Shown here piece by piece: positions 59,550 to 64,000 of a stretch of 64,000 nt of DNA. Source of the stretch: Candidatus Latescibacterota bacterium (GTDB lineage: Bacteria > Latescibacterota > UBA2968); NCBI GenBank assembly GCA_965207885.1, contig OZ242311.1, forward strand, positions 4,832,001 through 4,896,000, given 5' to 3'. The notes under the pieces are model-generated. The model ran no database searches. It was not told the DNA's origin and worked only from the letters and a program-made list of their open reading frames with translations. Position 1 is the stretch's first letter. Every line of letters begins with the position of its first letter. The position numbers and the translations under genes were made by a program.

Positions 59550-61451
59550 ATGGCTTATATCGACAAGTTATTTGACCAGTATTTTTTAGAACACGCTTCT
59601 TATGTTGTGAAGGATAGGGCGATTCCCGACATTGATGATGGTCTCAAGCCCGTACAGCGCCGCATTTTACACGCGTTGAAAGAACAGGACGATGGAAAAT
59701 TTCACAAGGTCGCCAATGTCGTGGGACAGACGATGAAATATCACCCCCACGGCGATCAGTCGATTTACGGCTCGCTGGTTCACCTGGCGAACAAAGATAT
59801 GTTCATCGACAAACAGGGCAATTTTGGCAATATTTATACCGGCGACGAGGCCTCGGCTGCGCGCTATATCGAGTGTCGATTGACCCCGCTCGCCAAAGAT
59901 GTGCTCTTTAATCCGGAAATTACCGAATACATTGAGTCCTACGATGGTCGCAATAACGAACCAGTTGTTTTTCCGGCGAAGATTCCCGTGCTTCTCGCGC
60001 AGGGTACCGAAGGTATTGCGCCGGGTATGACTACGCGGGTGTTGTCCCACAATCTGATCGAATTGTTGCAGGCACAAATTGCCTATCTTCAGGGGGAGGA
60101 TTTTCAGGTCTTTCCCGATTTTGCCACGGGCGGTTTTGTCGATGTCACCGAATACGCCGACGGCAATGGCAAAGTGCTCGTGCGTGCCAAACTCGATACC
60201 AAAAATCCCAAACGCATTATCGTGCGCGAATTGCCTTTTGGCGCTACATCTGACTCTCTCATCGCTTCGATTGAAGGTGCAGCCCGGAAAAACAAGCTCA
60301 AAATCGCGGGTATCAGCGATTATACGGGTGAGGAAGTCGAGATTGAAATTCGCCTTGCTCGGGGCGTGCATACCAAAGATACGGTGGATGCGCTTTACGC
60401 TTTTACCGACTGCGAGCAATCTATCAGTGTCAGTGCTCTCGTTATCAAGGACAATCGTCCCCATATCGCCACGGTGAGCGATATTCTCAAACACAATGCC
60501 GACCGATTGGTCGATATTCTCACGGCAGAGCTTAAAATTGAGCAGAGCCAGGTGCGCGATAAGTTGCACGCCAGGACTCTCGAACAGGTTTTTATCGAGA
60601 ATCGCGTTTACAAAGCAATTGAGGATGTCGCCGATTCCAGTGCGATTCACGAGGCGATACGCACGGGTTTGGAGCCTTTTTTTGGTTCAATTAGACGCCA
60701 GGTTACGACGGAAGACCTTGATACGCTTTTACAAATTCCCATTCGGCGCATTTCGCTGTACGACATCACCAGAGCCAAAAGAGAGATGCGCGAGATGCGC
60801 GCGCGGCTCAGAGAGATCAAGACCAATCTCGACAATATTACGGGCTTTACCATTGATTTTCTGGAATATCTGATTGATGAATACAAGGATCAGTATCCTC
60901 GCCGTACTGAGGTCACTTCTTTTGATCAGGTGGATGCACGCGAAGTGGCACAGCGCAATCTCAAGTTGCGCTATGATAAGAAGACGGGTTATCTGGGGTA
61001 TGATGTCAACGGTAGCACGCTTATGGATGTGTCGCAATACGACCGCGTGCTCGTGATTCGAAAAAATGGGACTTATTCTCTGCACGAAGCACCCGACCGT
61101 CTCTTTGTGGATAAGGGTATGCTATTTTGCGATTTTGTCGATTCCGAACGGGTGTACACGGTTATTTACCGGGATAAGAAGACCAATTATCCCTGTATTA
61201 AACGCTGTAAGCTGGACACATTTATTCTGAATAGAGGTTATGAACTCGTGCCGCCGAGATGCCGATTGCTCAAGCTCACAACTGACCGCGATGTCGAGGT
61301 CCACGTGTCGTATAAACCCAAACCCCGTCTGCGTATCCTCAATGAAGAATTTGCGATCGAAGACTATGCGGTTCGCGGCAAAACTGCCAAAGGCATGCGC
61401 CTATCAGCGCGCGAGGTCAAAAGTGCTAAATTTGTAAAGCCTAAAGTTTGA
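59550..61451 (+). CDS. parC: DNA topoisomerase IV subunit A
   Basis: DRAIP...DGLKPVQRRIL, YHPHGD, AARYIE (catalytic Tyr); short C-terminal domain. Confidence 0.9.
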   Translation: MAYIDKLFDQYFLEHASYVVKDRAIPDIDDGLKPVQRRILHALKEQDDGKFHKVANVVGQTMKYHPHGDQSIYGSLVHLANKDMFIDKQGNFGNIYTGDEASAARYIECRLTPLAKDVLFNPEITEYIESYDGRNNEPVVFPAKIPVLLAQGTEGIAPGMTTRVLSHNLIELLQAQIAYLQGEDFQVFPDFATGGFVDVTEYADGNGKVLVRAKLDTKNPKRIIVRELPFGATSDSLIASIEGAARKNKLKIAGISDYTGEEVEIEIRLARGVHTKDTVDALYAFTDCEQSISVSALVIKDNRPHIATVSDILKHNADRLVDILTAELKIEQSQVRDKLHARTLEQVFIENRVYKAIEDVADSSAIHEAIRTGLEPFFGSIRRQVTTEDLDTLLQIPIRRISLYDITRAKREMREMRARLREIKTNLDNITGFTIDFLEYLIDEYKDQYPRRTEVTSFDQVDAREVAQRNLKLRYDKKTGYLGYDVNGSTLMDVSQYDRVLVIRKNGTYSLHEAPDRLFVDKGMLFCDFVDSERVYTVIYRDKKTNYPCIKRCKLDTFILNRGYELVPPRCRLLKLTTDRDVEVHVSYKPKPRLRILNEEFAIEDYAVRGKTAKGMRLSAREVKSAKFVKPKV

Positions 61452-61513
61452 TATAAAACAACATGACAGGGTGGATACAGATGGACTTTTATTGATTAAA
61501 AGGATTTTGTGTT

Positions 61514-62161
61514 ATGCCGAAGTTTCTTGTCATAGGTCGGTATGTATTTTTCATCTACTCTGCTGATGAGGTGGAGCGAGCACATATTCATGTGCGAGTC
61601 AGAGCATCGGCATTTCCGACGGCGAAGTTCTGGCTGGTTCCTGTTGTCGAGTTAGCATATAACAATGGTTTTAAGCGTAAAGAAATTTCAGATATTGGGA
61701 AACTGGTTGTGAAACACGCGCAAGAATTGTTGACAAAATGGAACGCAGAGTTTAATCAGAGTCAAGCAATGGATAACGGCGAAATACGTGAAGCACTCCT
61801 GCGCGGTTATGATAAAGTGCGTTGGTTGGATGAGGCAAAGCGTTTGGAATGCCATCGTCCGTCTATTTTGGATATTCGATTCGATGAGTCACTCATGCAT
61901 GTTTATCTCGATGATGGTCGGGGTATCTCTGTACCGTTACGGTGGTATCCGCGTTTGTACTTCGGCTCGCCAGAAGATCGGGCGGATTGGGAACTGTGGT
62001 GTCACGAAAGCGAAGAGGTGTATGATGTGATTGCTTGGGAAACCCTGGATGAACACATACGTCTTGAAAGTTTGTTGGCAGGACGAGCGAGCCGTGAAAG
62101 TGTAACATCTATACGTCGATGGTTGAAAGGTGAAAGATTGTACGAAGTATATGATGAATAA
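61514..62161 (+). CDS. DUF4160-DUF2442 fusion (toxin-antitoxin-like)
   Basis: N-terminal FFIYS.D...HIHV...AKFWL (DUF4160-like); C-terminal L.DGR.ISVPL.WYPRL...W..LDE.I....LL (DUF2442-like). Confidence 0.75.
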   Translation: MPKFLVIGRYVFFIYSADEVERAHIHVRVRASAFPTAKFWLVPVVELAYNNGFKRKEISDIGKLVVKHAQELLTKWNAEFNQSQAMDNGEIREALLRGYDKVRWLDEAKRLECHRPSILDIRFDESLMHVYLDDGRGISVPLRWYPRLYFGSPEDRADWELWCHESEEVYDVIAWETLDEHIRLESLLAGRASRESVTSIRRWLKGERLYEVYDE

Positions 62162-62528
62162 CGTACTTGCGGGAAGGATGATGAGCAAAATGGAATAATT
62201 TGATGGTTATTAGTCATCCCACAGACGATAAGGAGCAATTGTTCATATAGGGACAACCGACTGATATTTTCTTCTAATTCAGAAAGAAGAGATGGTGTAG
62301 GCATGGTTTTTCTCGTTAAATCATCCCGTTCAAAATGGGCGCGGATGATTTTTCTTTTGGAACTTCAAATTGTCTATTAACTTGCACGCGCCTACCTGTG
62401 TTGGACACCTGTCTGTGTGGTCATATACAAGTAGAGATCAACAGGCGTAATGGCTTATATTGTTCCCACTTCTGTAAGATTTAGTAAGCGGTATAAGAGG
62501 CGAATCAGTAGTATAGGGAGTTAGAATC

Positions 62529-64000
62529 GTGTCAGTAATCAGTCAGATGATAGAAGCACTATCACTCGAAGTACAAGCTATCAAGAAGCGAGGCGGTTCA
62601 AGCGCAATCGAAGTAAGAGGCGGAGAATTACGAGGGCATACAGAGGGACAAGTGCTCTACGTTTTTCCAGTAGATGAAGACGTTTATTTTCGCGAAGAGT
62701 CACCGATTAGAGTTGTTATCGGACAGCAAGAAACAGACGGAATTGTGGTTTCACTTAATGAAGGTGTGCTTTTGATTGCTGTTGAACGCGATTTGGGACC
62801 GAAAATTCCGTTTGCTCGAATTATATCCGATGATTCTTTTTTGGTAGAAAGATTGAAGATCAAATTGGAGGAAATTGTCGAGGGCGAAGCTGTATTCAAT
62901 CAAGACAAAGCAGACCAGATTCTCGGAACTAAAAAGGCGGAGTGTGGTGATACCTGGGCTGATTCTAGCCTGTTTTTAGGTGGTGAAAAATTGAACAAGC
63001 AGCAAGAGTTAGCTGTAGCCCGTGCACTTGGGAGCGAGGTTTTCTATCTTTGGGGACCACCGGGAACAGGCAAAACTACTGTTCTTGCATGTATTATAGA
63101 AGGGTTTTATAGGTCGGGCCTATCTGTACTTGTGGTTTCAAATACCAATTTAGCAGTAGATACTGCACTTGAGAAGTTGGGAGATCGTCTTAGTAAGAAA
63201 GGAGATATGGGGTTTCAAGAAGGTAAAGTTTTGAGATTCGGCCCAGCAATTAAACCAGAACTGGTTGAGAAATACTCAAAACAGGTTGTTGTGGATGAAG
63301 TGATCGCTAAACTTGGACGACCATTGGAAGATGAAAAACGAAATCTGGAAGCACAACAGGGACTAATTGAGGCACAGGTAAAGCCCCTTCGTCAGGCAAT
63401 GACCGATCTTGAAGAATTTGAGGAAGTAAAGGAACAGCTAGCCCATATTGAAGGCTCTCTACGAGATGCTGCAAGCAAACGGGAAAACACTGAAAGAAAA
63501 ATTGGAGATGTTGAAGCGAAGATAGATGAGAGAAAAGTGCGTCTGGAAAAAGCGAACAATATGGGTTCATTGCGCCGTCTGTTGTCGGGATTGAATTCTG
63601 AAAATCTGACAAGGGATATTGGATATCTGGAAGCTGAAAGGACATCTCTGGTAGATGTGCTTACTGAGTTAGCATTCGAAATCAATATGCAAAGCATAGC
63701 CCTTAAGGATGCAAAAAGACTGGTTGCATATTGGGAAAACAAGGTCGGAAACTATCCTTCCTATAATGAATGCAAACAGAGATTTCAGGCTTTTAACAAG
63801 CAGATTTCAAAATTGTCAGAAAGAATTCAAGAAATTCAGAAGCAATTGGATTCTTTACGCGATGAAATTCTCGCAAAATGCCAGGTGTTAGCCACTACTG
63901 TATATCGAACCTATCTTAAAGGCCAAGTAGAAAGGCAGTTTGATGTGGTAGTGGTTGATGAAGCATCTATGTTGGCTTTGCCAATGGTGTATTATGCAGC
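62529..64000 (+). CDS. Superfamily 1 (Upf1/DNA2-like) helicase with coiled-coil insertion; truncated by window edge
   Basis: Manual translation from GTG at 62529 (AGGGAG RBS): ...LNKQQELAV...LWGPPGTGKTT...VSNTNLAVD...long coiled coil...FDVVVVDEASM. Absent from the ORF track because there is no stop in the window. Confidence 0.88.
   Translation, partial: MSVISQMIEALSLEVQAIKKRGGSSAIEVRGGELRGHTEGQVLYVFPVDEDVYFREESPIRVVIGQQETDGIVVSLNEGVLLIAVERDLGPKIPFARIISDDSFLVERLKIKLEEIVEGEAVFNQDKADQILGTKKAECGDTWADSSLFLGGEKLNKQQELAVARALGSEVFYLWGPPGTGKTTVLACIIEGFYRSGLSVLVVSNTNLAVDTALEKLGDRLSKKGDMGFQEGKVLRFGPAIKPELVEKYSKQVVVDEVIAKLGRPLEDEKRNLEAQQGLIEAQVKPLRQAMTDLEEFEEVKEQLAHIEGSLRDAASKRENTERKIGDVEAKIDERKVRLEKANNMGSLRRLLSGLNSENLTRDIGYLEAERTSLVDVLTELAFEINMQSIALKDAKRLVAYWENKVGNYPSYNECKQRFQAFNKQISKLSERIQEIQKQLDSLRDEILAKCQVLATTVYRTYLKGQVERQFDVVVVDEASMLALPMVYYA

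Noticed and set aside
59667-60650. 327-aa minus-strand ORF
   Set aside because: Antisense shadow of parC.

Overview
Bacterial chromosomal window. The gene families present (DUF4159/DUF4175/TPR operon, DUF6785 transporter, Bacteroidetes/spirochaete-type parE-parC) suggest an FCB-group lineage such as Latescibacterota or Gemmatimonadota; this is inference only. Most of 15-61.5 kb is ordinary housekeeping and catabolic DNA: murC/mpl-like, ldcA, aroA, dnaE, rodA-mrdA-mreD, mltD-like, mtnA, rsfS, carA, pyrC, uxuA, a sulfatase and parE-parC. The main accessory element is a ~13.5-kb island (1341-14826) bounded by an exact 23-bp direct repeat that duplicates the stop/RBS/start junction of a host operon. 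In transcription order (minus strand) it carries: a PLD-SNF2 helicase; higBA; a complete sigma-70 factor fused to a paralogue of the N-terminal domain of the neighbouring restriction-modification (RM) protein; a Type IIG/Eco57I-like N6-adenine methyltransferase (MTase) gene with one in-frame TAG; a start-less alternative target-recognition (TRD) cassette in inverted orientation, linked by inverted repeats; a Cre-like tyrosine recombinase; a PD-(D/E)xK nuclease; and a hypothetical gene. The RM-domain/sigma-70 fusion inside an apparently invertible RM locus is the best candidate for an undescribed system. A second AT-richer accessory region starts after parC, with a fused DUF4160-DUF2442 gene and an SF1 helicase that runs off the right edge. 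All calls come from reading motifs; no database searches were run.
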